From a virus, in IMG/VR virus record IMGVR_UViG_3300047322_000556, positions 25,362 to 89,361 of that record: a DNA stretch of 64,000 nt. One strand, written 5' to 3'. Shown piece after piece: positions 45,258 through 53,860 of this stretch. Both the position numbers and the translations under genes were made by a program. Position 1 is the stretch's first letter, and each line of letters begins with the position of its first letter. The notes beneath the pieces were generated by a model. That model saw nothing but the letters and a program-made list of their open reading frames with translations. It made no database searches and had not been told where the DNA came from.

Positions 45258-45781
45258 GCCAAGAGCCCAGAAAACGGCGTCACGGTCTGTTTGCGCGCCT
45301 TGGCATTGATGACGAGCCGCATCTTCTTGCGATACTTCTCGCTCGCCTTCTTCGGGTTGAATTTGGGCTCGGGCGCGTCCTTCTTGTTGCCGATCGCGAA
45401 AACCGGCCTGTGCTTGCCGGCGCCTTCGGGTGCAATCCAACGGCTCACGTAGATGATCTTCGCCAAGCGGAATTCTCGAAGCCGATTGCGCACGGTGCGC
45501 TCCTTCAGATTGAGCGCCACGCGCAGATCGCGATTCGTCGCCTCGCCTCCCTCGGCGTCGGCGATCGCCTTCAGCATGAGCGTCTGAGTCGGGTGAAGCG
45601 GCTTCTCGGTCGGCTTCGTCTGAGCGCGCTTGTGCCACTCGGTGAGCGAGATGACGAAGGGCGTCTCGCGCGGGCGGCGCACCATGACGTAGCGATCGCG
45701 CACCACCATGCAGACGACCGGGCCGATTTCATCGACGTAACGCGCACGCTGGCGTGGCGGGCGAAGTTCTAAAACGGACAT
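45254..45781 (-). CDS. HTH-domain protein
   Basis: ATNRDLRVALNLKERTVRNRLREF; AAGGA RBS. Confidence 0.7.
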   Translation of the reverse strand: MSVLELRPPRQRARYVDEIGPVVCMVVRDRYVMVRRPRETPFVISLTEWHKRAQTKPTEKPLHPTQTLMLKAIADAEGGEATNRDLRVALNLKERTVRNRLREFRLAKIIYVSRWIAPEGAGKHRPVFAIGNKKDAPEPKFNPKKASEKYRKKMRLVINAKARKQTVTPFSGLLA

Positions 45782-45804
45782 TACTGGTTCCTTCTCGGTG
45801 AATT

Positions 45805-45838
45805 TCTACCGCTTCGGTAGATTTACCTGAAGGATAAA
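45805..45838. promoter_or_regulatory. tandem 17-bp operators in a divergent promoter region
   Basis: TCTACC-N5-GGTAGA immediately followed by TTTACC-N5-GATAAA. Confidence 0.7.
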
Positions 45839-45884
45839 CTATTTTCCTTGCCTTGTGGGTACTTGGTGAGGAAAAATAGCGCCC

Positions 45885-47057
45885 ATGACGAATGAACGCT
45901 ACACCTTGCATCACGGCGACTCCCTTGCTGTGCTTGCCTCACTGCCTGAAAACTCGGTCGATTCGATCGTCTGCGACCCGCCCTATGAGCTCGGCTTCAT
46001 GGGTAAAGCGTGGGATAAAACCGGCATCGCGAACAACGTCGATCTGTGGCGCGCGGCGCTGCGCGTGCTCAAGCCCGGCGGGCATCTGCTCGCGTTCTCG
46101 GGATCGCGCACGTATCACCGCATGGCATGTGCTATTGAAGATGCGGGCTTCGAGCTGCGCGATCAAATCATGTGGGTCTACGCGACGGGCTTCCCGAAGT
46201 CGCGCAATCTTGGCGAAGGGCGCGGCACGGCACTCAAGCCCGCGCACGAACCGATCTGCGTCGGACGCAAGACGCCCGAAGGCACGGTCGCGGCGAACGT
46301 CGAAAAGCACGGTCCCGGCGCGCTCTATATCGATGCGTGCCGCGTCGGCGACGATGTGCGTCACGAACGATTCACTTCGTTCGCTGCCTGTCATGGCAAC
46401 TCGTTCGGCGCTCCCGGTACAGCCGAAGCGCGGCGCGGCACGCAGGGCGACGCGAAGGAATACGTCGGCCGCTGGCCCGCGAACGTCATTCACGATGGAT
46501 CGCCGGAAGTCGTCGCGCTCTTCCCTGAATCGAAAGGGCAGCGCGCCGCTGTGAGCGGCAACGAGCCGAGCTCGAAAACGAACAACGTATTCGGCAAGTT
46601 CGACGGCCGCCCGGCGACTGCGCCGCGCGTGGATCTCGACACGTCGGCCGCGCGCTTTTTCTACTGTCCGAAGGCGTCGCCCGCCGACCGTCACGAAGGG
46701 CTCGATCGGCCCGGCCCGCAATTCAAGAAAGGCACGACGCTGCGCAAGGTGCAAGTCGCCGCCGCCGCTGGCGAGCTCACCGGTAACACGCATCCGACCG
46801 TGAAGCCGACCGAGCTCATGGCCTATCTGTGCCGCCTTGTGACGCCGCCGGGCGGAACCGTCCTTGATCCATTCATGGGCTCGGGCTCGACTGGCAAGGC
46901 CGCGATGCGCGAAGGCTTCAACTTCATCGGCATCGAGCTCGAAGCCGCGTATGTGGCGATCGCCGACGCGCGCATCAAGCACGAGCTGCTCAAGCAAGCG
47001 CCGCCGCCCGCCGACGAGCGCCAGCTCGATCTGCTTTCCTCCCTTTCCGGCTTCTGA
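45885..47057 (+). CDS. N6-adenine/N4-cytosine DNA methyltransferase (beta class)
   Basis: CDPPY precedes HPTVKP and VLDPFMGSGSTG. Confidence 0.93.
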   Translation: MTNERYTLHHGDSLAVLASLPENSVDSIVCDPPYELGFMGKAWDKTGIANNVDLWRAALRVLKPGGHLLAFSGSRTYHRMACAIEDAGFELRDQIMWVYATGFPKSRNLGEGRGTALKPAHEPICVGRKTPEGTVAANVEKHGPGALYIDACRVGDDVRHERFTSFAACHGNSFGAPGTAEARRGTQGDAKEYVGRWPANVIHDGSPEVVALFPESKGQRAAVSGNEPSSKTNNVFGKFDGRPATAPRVDLDTSAARFFYCPKASPADRHEGLDRPGPQFKKGTTLRKVQVAAAAGELTGNTHPTVKPTELMAYLCRLVTPPGGTVLDPFMGSGSTGKAAMREGFNFIGIELEAAYVAIADARIKHELLKQAPPPADERQLDLLSSLSGF

Positions 47058-47060
47058 CCC

Positions 47061-47285
47061 ATGACCGAACAGATCCATTCCCTCATGCGCGAGAACGCCC
47101 GCCAGCTCGCGCACTCGCGCGCGCAAGGTGCGCAACTGCGCCGCGCCGCGCAGGCCGAGCTCGCGCAAGTCGAAGCCAAGCTCGAATCGATGGCGCCCGG
47201 CGGCGTCGTCGCGGACCCGGCCCGTCGCGATGAATACATGACGCTCGTCACGCAGCGCGATCAGCTTCGGCGCGCGGTCGCGTGA
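47061..47285 (+). CDS. hypothetical protein
   Basis: 74-aa helical ORF. Confidence 0.6.
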   Translation: MTEQIHSLMRENARQLAHSRAQGAQLRRAAQAELAQVEAKLESMAPGGVVADPARRDEYMTLVTQRDQLRRAVA

Positions 47286-47383
47286 TGGCGTTCGTTTTTT
47301 TCATGTTCGCCCTCGTCGCGCTGCTGGTCGATTGCCCGTGGTTCGCGCTGCTCTTCGCCATTTTCATGATTAATTCAATCTGA
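47285..47383 (+). CDS. very small membrane peptide (32 aa)
   Basis: MAFVFFMFALVALLVDCPWFALLFAIFMINSI; TGATG coupling at both ends. Confidence 0.45.
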   Translation: MAFVFFMFALVALLVDCPWFALLFAIFMINSI

Positions 47384-47727
47384 TGATCCATCTCCATCTG
47401 ACGTTCGCGCAAATGTGTTTCTGGATGATCGTGTTGCACATGGTCGCCGACTATCCGCTGCAAGGCGACTTTCTCGCGACCGCGAAGGATCGCAACACGC
47501 CGCTCGGCAAGCTCTTCTGGCCGCACGCGCTCGGCGCGCATTCGCTAATCCATGCGGGCTTCGTCGCGCTCGTGACGGGCTCAATAGTGCTCGGGCTGGC
47601 TGAAGCAGTCATTCATGCCGTGACCGATTTTTGTAAGTGCGAGAAACGAATCTCGCTCAACGTCGATCAGGCGATTCACTTCGCCTGTAAATTCCTTTGG
47701 GCCGCGATCGCGGCAGGAGCTCTGTAA
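47383..47727 (+). CDS. DUF3307-like membrane protein
   Basis: HMVADYPLQ, HSLIH, HAVTD..K, VDQAIH motifs. Confidence 0.85.
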   Translation: MIHLHLTFAQMCFWMIVLHMVADYPLQGDFLATAKDRNTPLGKLFWPHALGAHSLIHAGFVALVTGSIVLGLAEAVIHAVTDFCKCEKRISLNVDQAIHFACKFLWAAIAAGAL

Positions 47728-48221
47728 TGAAAAAACTGTTCTACGGTGTCTTTCTCGTCGTGGCGCTCGCCATGATGGCATTCAACGTCTACACGGCCGC
47801 TCAGGACGTGCAGGCGGCTCGCGGCTGGCCCGCAACGTTTCACGCGCTCATGACGCTGCTGTGGCTCGTCTCGGCGCTCGACGCCGTGGGCGCGCTCGTG
47901 CCGCGCTTCAAGACATGGATGAAGGCACGATGGCGCGCGCTGCAGTTCGTGCTCGATGAATACCGCCTGTATCGCGAGATTTGCTATGCGAGCGCCTTCG
48001 TCATTCCGGTGCTTGCCTTGCCTCTATTGGCCTTCGCCGTCGTCGTAGTCGCGCTTCTGACGCCGTTTCATTACGCCTATTGCTATGTGCGTGACGAGTG
48101 GATCAGTACACGCAATGCCCGACGTGAAATGGAGCGCAGCTATCGAATCAGCCGCGAAGCGTTCGCCAGAGCCAAGGCCGCCACAAGCGACGTGCTCCCG
48201 AAAGCCGCCACAAGCGCCTAA
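47727..48221 (+). CDS. membrane protein
   Basis: MKKLFYG...; three hydrophobic segments; TAATG coupling. Confidence 0.65.
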   Translation: MKKLFYGVFLVVALAMMAFNVYTAAQDVQAARGWPATFHALMTLLWLVSALDAVGALVPRFKTWMKARWRALQFVLDEYRLYREICYASAFVIPVLALPLLAFAVVVVALLTPFHYAYCYVRDEWISTRNARREMERSYRISREAFARAKAATSDVLPKAATSA

Positions 48222-48240
48222 ACGCTCACCGCGCAGAAAC

Positions 48241-48264
48241 AAACCCGCTACGGCGGGTTTTTTT
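48241..48264 (+). terminator. intrinsic terminator
   Basis: AAACCCGC-TACG-GCGGGTTT followed by a T tract. Confidence 0.85.
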
Positions 48265-48277
48265 ACGCCCGCAAAAA

Positions 48278-48293
48278 GTCGTGACGACACGAT
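48278..48293 (+). promoter_or_regulatory. late promoter motif (leaderless spacing)
   Basis: GTCGTGACGACACGAT; ATG 7 nt after the conserved T. Confidence 0.78.
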
Positions 48294-48299
48294 GGGCGC

Positions 48300-49187
48300 A
48301 TGACGAATGCAGCCGATCAATCGCTTCTCGACGCGCTTCCCGCGTACCTGAGCATCTCAGACATGCTCAAGGCGACGCCTATCACGGAAGGCGCCGATCG
48401 CTTCATCTATCTCGAAGCATCGAACGAGACGACCGACCAACAAGGCGAAGTCGTGCTCGCGAAGGCGCTTTCGGATTCGGCCGCGTACTACCTGAAGTTC
48501 GGCAATCTCGATATCGACCACTTCACGCAGATCGGCGCGAAGCAGGGCATCCCCAATTACGAGCTATTCGAGATTGGGCGCCCGGTCGCCGTGCGTGCGG
48601 AGAAAGGCGCGACGTTCGTGAAGGGGCAGATTTACGCGGGCACTGGCGCAGCCGCCGAGAAGGCGAACGCGTTTTGGGCTTCGCTCACTGAGCTCAATCC
48701 GCCCGCGCGCTGGTTCCCGTCTGTGGGCGGCGCCATTCAGGAAAAGGAAGTCGGCATCGACCCTGCGACGAAGGCTCGTCGCGCGCTCATTCGAAAAGTC
48801 CGCTGGACAAACATCGGCTTCAGCAAAACCCCCGTCAATCCCAATCTCGCGACCGTCAGCACGGTTCCGTTCGGAGCACTCACGAAGTCGTGGGGCTCGG
48901 GCGGCTTCGATCTGACGAAGGCGCTGAGCGCGGGTTACGGCACAGATTCCGCGTCGCTCACTGGTGGAGCGGCGATGCGAGTGCAGTCACTCGATCGCAC
49001 TTTGCACTCGTATTGGGATATGCGCGATCACGTCGCGAAAAAGATTCTCAAGGGCGCGCTCAAGCCGCGCGCTGACGAGATCCATCGCGAAGCTCAAACG
49101 CAATTCGGTTTGTCCGCTGACGAAGCGGGCGACTTCGCCGAACGGTTTTTGGGTGACTTGGAACACAACCTTAAGGAGAGGAAATGA
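48300..49187 (+). CDS. prohead protease
   Basis: EASNETTDQQGEVV, GNLDIDH, IGRP, FPSVGG, TPVN (HK97-type fold); precedes scaffold and capsid genes. Confidence 0.8.
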   Translation: MTNAADQSLLDALPAYLSISDMLKATPITEGADRFIYLEASNETTDQQGEVVLAKALSDSAAYYLKFGNLDIDHFTQIGAKQGIPNYELFEIGRPVAVRAEKGATFVKGQIYAGTGAAAEKANAFWASLTELNPPARWFPSVGGAIQEKEVGIDPATKARRALIRKVRWTNIGFSKTPVNPNLATVSTVPFGALTKSWGSGGFDLTKALSAGYGTDSASLTGGAAMRVQSLDRTLHSYWDMRDHVAKKILKGALKPRADEIHREAQTQFGLSADEAGDFAERFLGDLEHNLKERK

Positions 49188-49843
49188 GTTTCAAAGCTCT
49201 GTTGGAGCGTTTCGAGACGCTGCAAAAGTCGCTTCCGGCCGAAGGCTCGGAGGACGACGACAAGATTGCGGCCGCTGCCGCCGCGTCGGGTGACACGCCC
49301 AACGGTGACGACAACGGCGAAGGCGGTGAAGGTCTGTCCGCTGGCGAGGGCGAAGGCGAAGGCGAAGGCGAAGGCAATGAGCCGATGAGCAAGTCGTTCT
49401 CGATCACGCTGGACGACGGCACTGTCATCGACGCGCAAGACGGCACGGCGCTCGTCAAGTCGCTGACCGAACAAGTCGGCGCGCTGCAAGGCCGCATCGA
49501 CGCACAAGTTTCGGAAGGCGAAACGATGGCGAAGGCGCTCGAAGCCGCCTGCGGCGTTATCGAAAAGCAAGACGCGATGTTCAAGTCGCTGTCGGCAAAG
49601 GTCGATGCGCTTTCGAAGCAAGGACGTGGCCGTGCATCGGTCGTGAACGTCAACGAAAAGCCCGCTGCTGCCGCCGTCACGAAGCCCGCAGTCGAAGGCG
49701 TGAAGCCCGACGACTTCATGGCGAAGGCGATGGACAAGTTCAACGCTGGTGCTCTCACAGGTCGTGACGTTGCAATTGCTGAAAACGCACTTGCAGTCGG
49801 GCGCGCTGTTCCGGCCGAGATCGTTTCGAAAGTTTTGTCCTAA
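49184..49843 (+). CDS. scaffolding protein
   Basis: Acidic and coiled-coil; seven [LMF]-x-K-[AS]-like motifs; between protease and capsid genes. Confidence 0.75.
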   Translation: MSFKALLERFETLQKSLPAEGSEDDDKIAAAAAASGDTPNGDDNGEGGEGLSAGEGEGEGEGEGNEPMSKSFSITLDDGTVIDAQDGTALVKSLTEQVGALQGRIDAQVSEGETMAKALEAACGVIEKQDAMFKSLSAKVDALSKQGRGRASVVNVNEKPAAAAVTKPAVEGVKPDDFMAKAMDKFNAGALTGRDVAIAENALAVGRAVPAEIVSKVLS

Positions 49844-49859
49844 TTCAAGGGGATTTTGA

Positions 49860-51317
49860 ATGATTAACCCGGCAATCCTGCAAGGGCTTCAAAGCGGTCA
49901 AGTCGTTACCGGCGACATGACCTCGACGGACGCCGAAGCGCTGCAAAAGGCGCTCTCGTCCGGCTACGGTACCGACGTTTCGACGCTGACCGGCGGCGCT
50001 GCGCTGCGCATTCAGTCGCTCGACAAGACGATGAAAACCGTCATTCAAGAGAACAAGCACTTCGTTCTCTTTAACGAACTCGCCAAGTCGAACGCGACGG
50101 CGACCGTTGACGAATGGACCGAACAGTCGGGCGTGGGCGGCTTCCTCGGCGGCTCGACCAACACCGAACTCGGCGGCATCAATCAGGCAACCGGCCAGTA
50201 CGCACGTCGCGTCGGCATGGTCAAGTTCCTGATGACCCAACGCCAAGTTTCGTTCGTGCAGTCGATCACGAACAACATCGTGGAAGCTGAGGCAGTCGAA
50301 GCCCAAAACGGCGCGCTGCAACTGCTGACCGATGCGGAATACCTGTCGTTCGAAGGCGATTCGACCATCGTTCCGACCGAATTCGACGGCATCGGCGCGC
50401 AAATCGCGAGCCTGAACTCGGCTGACCACGTCATCGACGCGCGCGGCGGTCCGGTCAACCAGATCGATATGATCGATCAGGCTGCGGCAACGATCGCGGG
50501 CTTCGGCAACTTCGGCACGCCGACGCACTTCTTCAGCTCGCAACTCGTACAGAGCGATCTGAATACGAAGCTCGACCCGGCTTTCCGGGTGAACCTGACG
50601 AACGTCGGCGCAGGCGGCATCGAGCTCGGCGCTCCGGTGGTCGGCATGCGCACGTCGTGGGGCGATATCAAGAATTGCCCGGACGTGTTCATTCGCGACG
50701 AAAAACAGATGACGTGTTTCGAGCTGCGTTATCCGGCTTTCGCCACGGCGAACAACGCATTCAAGCCCGCAGGCGTGGCTGTTGCGGTGAACGCAAGCGG
50801 CGGCGCATCGAGCCAGTGGGCGACCGGCCAAGACGGCAACTACTACTACGCAGTAGCAGGCGTGAACGCGAACGGTGAAAGCCAAGCGGTCGTGTCCGCG
50901 CAAGCGGCGGTTACGGTTGGCGGCAACGCTGTGCTGACGATCACGCGCTCGACTTCGGCGACGGAAACGGGCTACGTCATCTATCGCGGCCGCAAAAACG
51001 GCACGTCGGATCTGTCGGATCTGCGCTTCGTCAAGCGTATCCCGGCTTCGGGTGGCGCGACGACCGTGTTCACCGATCTGAACGCGGACATTCCGGGCAC
51101 GACCAAGGCGTATATCTTGAATATGCGCTCGGGCGCGGACGCGATCAACTGGCGGCAGTTGTTGCCGATGACGAAATTCGCGCTCTACCCGACGAACGCG
51201 GCCGTCATTCCGTGGGCGCAGTTGCTCTTCGGCTATCTGCGCATCGCGAAGCGTCAGCAGCACATCGTCGTGAAGAACATCGTCGCGACGGGCCAACTGT
51301 GGAAGCCGTTCGGCTAA
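49860..51317 (+). CDS. major capsid protein (A511/K/SPO1-like, with FN3/Ig-like insertion)
   Basis: KALSSGYGTD..GAALRIQSLD N-terminus, EFDGI, VIDARG, YYYAVAGVN..GES, GYVIYR. Confidence 0.9.
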   Translation: MINPAILQGLQSGQVVTGDMTSTDAEALQKALSSGYGTDVSTLTGGAALRIQSLDKTMKTVIQENKHFVLFNELAKSNATATVDEWTEQSGVGGFLGGSTNTELGGINQATGQYARRVGMVKFLMTQRQVSFVQSITNNIVEAEAVEAQNGALQLLTDAEYLSFEGDSTIVPTEFDGIGAQIASLNSADHVIDARGGPVNQIDMIDQAAATIAGFGNFGTPTHFFSSQLVQSDLNTKLDPAFRVNLTNVGAGGIELGAPVVGMRTSWGDIKNCPDVFIRDEKQMTCFELRYPAFATANNAFKPAGVAVAVNASGGASSQWATGQDGNYYYAVAGVNANGESQAVVSAQAAVTVGGNAVLTITRSTSATETGYVIYRGRKNGTSDLSDLRFVKRIPASGGATTVFTDLNADIPGTTKAYILNMRSGADAINWRQLLPMTKFALYPTNAAVIPWAQLLFGYLRIAKRQQHIVVKNIVATGQLWKPFG

Positions 51318-51403
51318 TCACACGATGAGCCGGGGAAACCCGGTGCGCTGATTAAAAATCGGGCCGAGCGTCAAACCTCGGCCCGATTTACAGGAGAAAG
51401 AAC

Positions 51404-51661
51404 ATGGCTATCAAAGTCATCTGCACACTGCCCAACGCATCAACGAATATCAACGGCGTGGCCTTCGAGCGCGTGGGCGAGCACGTCCATTCGGTCGATG
51501 AGCTCACGCAAGAGCATCTGGATCACTTCGCATCGATCGACGGCTTCGAAGTAGTCGATACCGACGCGGAACCGGCCGCAGACGGCCAGGATGATCCAGA
51601 CGAGCCCGCGCAAGACGCGAGCGCGCCCAAGCCTGCGCCACGCCGCGCGGCGCGCAAATAA
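51404..51661 (+). CDS. small virion-associated protein
   Basis: AGGAG RBS; follows the capsid gene. Confidence 0.7.
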   Translation: MAIKVICTLPNASTNINGVAFERVGEHVHSVDELTQEHLDHFASIDGFEVVDTDAEPAADGQDDPDEPAQDASAPKPAPRRAARK

Positions 51662-51683
51662 CGATTTCAGGGTGGGTGACTTT

Positions 51684-51708
51684 GGCGGGCTTCGGCCCGC
51701 CTTTTTTT
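51684..51708 (+). terminator. intrinsic terminator
   Basis: GGCGGGC-TTCG-GCCCGCC followed by T7. Confidence 0.9.
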
Positions 51709-51709
51709 C

Positions 51710-51725
51710 GTCGTGACGCAACACT
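51710..51725 (+). promoter_or_regulatory. late promoter motif
   Basis: GTCGTGACGCAACACT. Confidence 0.75.
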
Positions 51726-51750
51726 TCATGCACATCACACGAGGCTTTTC

Positions 51751-52515
51751 ATGACCGTCTTGTTCCCGATCGCCGACGCGCTCACGCAGTTTCGCGCCGA
51801 TCAGCTCCCGCTGCTTCAGGCGAATTTCGCGCTGCCGGTCGCGCCGTCCGATGGGCTGCTCACGCGCAAGTTTGAGGCGGCCGAAGGCGAGCTTCAGCGC
51901 GAGCTCGGCGTCTATCTCGCGCCGACGATGATCTTCGGCGGCGTCGATCCAACGGATGAGCAAATTGCCGCGCTCAACGGCGCTCCGTATGCGATCGAGT
52001 CGGGTTACGACATGACGCCGGATTTCTTCAGCGTCGGGCAGTGGGGCACGCTCATGCTGCGCTCGCGCCCGGTGAAGTCCATCACGTCGATGAAATTCAT
52101 CTATCCGACGTTGAACGCGCAAGTCATCGACATGCCGACGAGCTGGATTCAGCTCGACAAGCGCATGGGGCTCGTGAACGTCGTGCCGGGGCCGGGCGGG
52201 CTCAATATCCCGCTGAATATCTTCGCGATGCAGGCGATGAATACGGGCACGACGGTGCCGAACATGATCCGCGTGCAATACACCGCCGGGCTCGACCCGA
52301 CGCACTTCATGTATGCCGACGTTCAAGACGTGTGCATGCGCCTCGTGGGGCTGCGCCTCATCAAAGACACCTTCACGCCGCAGTCGGGCTCTATCTCGGC
52401 TGACGGGCTCTCGCAATCTCAATCTGTGGATCTGGCGAAGTTTGCTGACGGCATCAAGGACGATATCGCCGCGATGCGAAGCAAGCTGCTCGGCCCGGTC
52501 ATTGGAGTGTTCTGA
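51751..52515 (+). CDS. head-tail adaptor protein
   Basis: L..RPVKSI, PNMIRVQYTAG, SISADGLSQS; GAGG RBS before the ATG at 51751. Confidence 0.75.
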   Translation: MTVLFPIADALTQFRADQLPLLQANFALPVAPSDGLLTRKFEAAEGELQRELGVYLAPTMIFGGVDPTDEQIAALNGAPYAIESGYDMTPDFFSVGQWGTLMLRSRPVKSITSMKFIYPTLNAQVIDMPTSWIQLDKRMGLVNVVPGPGGLNIPLNIFAMQAMNTGTTVPNMIRVQYTAGLDPTHFMYADVQDVCMRLVGLRLIKDTFTPQSGSISADGLSQSQSVDLAKFADGIKDDIAAMRSKLLGPVIGVF

Positions 52516-52694
52516 TGGATCAACCGCAATTTGGCGCGATCGTGCTGCATATGGGCCGCATGTGCCGCTTCCTCGGCGGCGGCCGCTATGAGCCGATCGA
52601 GACGACGCTTGAGAAGCAGCAAGGCGTCGCGGACGGCGAGATGACGGCGGGCATGCGCTCGGCGCTCGACAAGCTCAACCGCGAGCCGCGCTGA
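52515..52694 (+). CDS. small hypothetical protein (59 aa)
   Basis: MDQPQFGAIV...; TGATG coupling at both ends. Confidence 0.55.
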   Translation: MDQPQFGAIVLHMGRMCRFLGGGRYEPIETTLEKQQGVADGEMTAGMRSALDKLNREPR

Positions 52695-53335
52695 TGCAGC
52701 TCAGTCCCGAACGCTTCAACCGCTTTCTCGACGGCATCGGCCAGCTCGTAACGTGGGCGCGCGGCTATGCGTGCCCCTGCGTGAATCCGAATTCCGGATC
52801 AGCCAAGCCCAATTGCCCGTCATGCGGCGGCAAGGGCCGGACATGGGACACGCCTGTCGAGTGCAAGACGGGCGTCGCGGGCCGCAGCGCACATAAGGAT
52901 TGGGCCGCCTTCGGCATGTGGGACGGCGGCGACGTCGTGCTCTCGATTCCGTCCGACTCGCCGCTCTACGCGATCGGCCAGTATGACCGCGTCGTCATGG
53001 TCAATCGTTCCGAGCCGTTCTCGATGAATCTCGTCGCGGGCGTGAACGACAAGGCGCTCTCGCACATGACGTTCGTCTCGGTCGATCGCGTCGCGTATTT
53101 CAGCCCCAACGGCGGGGCGCTCGTGCTCGTGACGCCGCCGGTCGTCAATCCGGACGGCACGCTCACATGGCCCGATGGTGCGCCGCCTGTGGGCATCACG
53201 TACTCGATGAGCGGCCGCCGCCGTCAAGAGTACTTCTGCTTCAACGACATGCCGTGGGACCGGCCGCATCATGCGGGCGCGACCCTGCCGCGCAATGTCG
53301 TGCTGCGTCGCTTTGATCTTTTCGGGAGAGGGTAA
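52694..53335 (+). CDS. head closure/neck protein with Zn finger
   Basis: CPC...CPSCGGKG; position in the neck module. Confidence 0.7.
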   Translation: MQLSPERFNRFLDGIGQLVTWARGYACPCVNPNSGSAKPNCPSCGGKGRTWDTPVECKTGVAGRSAHKDWAAFGMWDGGDVVLSIPSDSPLYAIGQYDRVVMVNRSEPFSMNLVAGVNDKALSHMTFVSVDRVAYFSPNGGALVLVTPPVVNPDGTLTWPDGAPPVGITYSMSGRRRQEYFCFNDMPWDRPHHAGATLPRNVVLRRFDLFGRG

Positions 53336-53859
53336 TGATCGGTTTCTATGCGCTCGTGTGGCTCGTGCTCGCGCTGCTCGACATGCTTTTCACGCTCGTG
53401 TCGTATCCGCTCGCGCCGCTCGTCGCCGCGTTCGCGGACAAGGACGGCAATCTGCCGCGCGCGCTGCGCTGGTTTCAGACGTTCGATGCGTCGCTCGATG
53501 CGGGCTGGCGCGACGGCTATTTCTCGTTTCACTGCCCGAAGCGCCCGTTTGAACTCTGGTGGTTGCGCACGCGCTGGCTCTGGCGCAATCCGGGCTATGG
53601 CTTCGGCTATTACGTCGCGGGCATTGCCTTCGACCCGGCCGCATGGCGCGTCGTCTATTTCAAGACGGACGGCACGAGCTCGACGTTTATTGCGACCGAT
53701 GGGCGGCACTTCAACATCGCGCTCGGGCGATCGCACTTGTCGCTCAAGCTCGGCTGGAAGGCATGGAATTACTTCGAGCCCGACTCGCGCACGTTCCGCG
53801 CGACGCCGTGGGGGCCGGAAATGCGCACGATGATCTGCTCGACTTTCCGGCCGTGGTGA
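53335..53859 (+). CDS. aromatic-rich hypothetical protein
   Basis: LPRALRWFQT.DASLD, WLWRNPGYGF, LGWK motifs. Confidence 0.7.
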   Translation: MIGFYALVWLVLALLDMLFTLVSYPLAPLVAAFADKDGNLPRALRWFQTFDASLDAGWRDGYFSFHCPKRPFELWWLRTRWLWRNPGYGFGYYVAGIAFDPAAWRVVYFKTDGTSSTFIATDGRHFNIALGRSHLSLKLGWKAWNYFEPDSRTFRATPWGPEMRTMICSTFRPW

Positions 53860-53860
53860 G

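Noticed and set aside
34323-47057. Restriction-modification system
   Set aside because: No adjacent endonuclease; these are orphan phage methyltransferases
49343-49375. (GGCGAA)n short tandem repeat
   Set aside because: In-frame Gly-Glu low-complexity linker in the scaffold protein; no sign of phase variation
49761-49776. GTCGTGACGTTGCAAT inside the scaffold gene, about 100 nt before the capsid gene
   Set aside because: Lacks the invariant A of the -10 and is intragenic; it may be a weak internal promoter but was not counted
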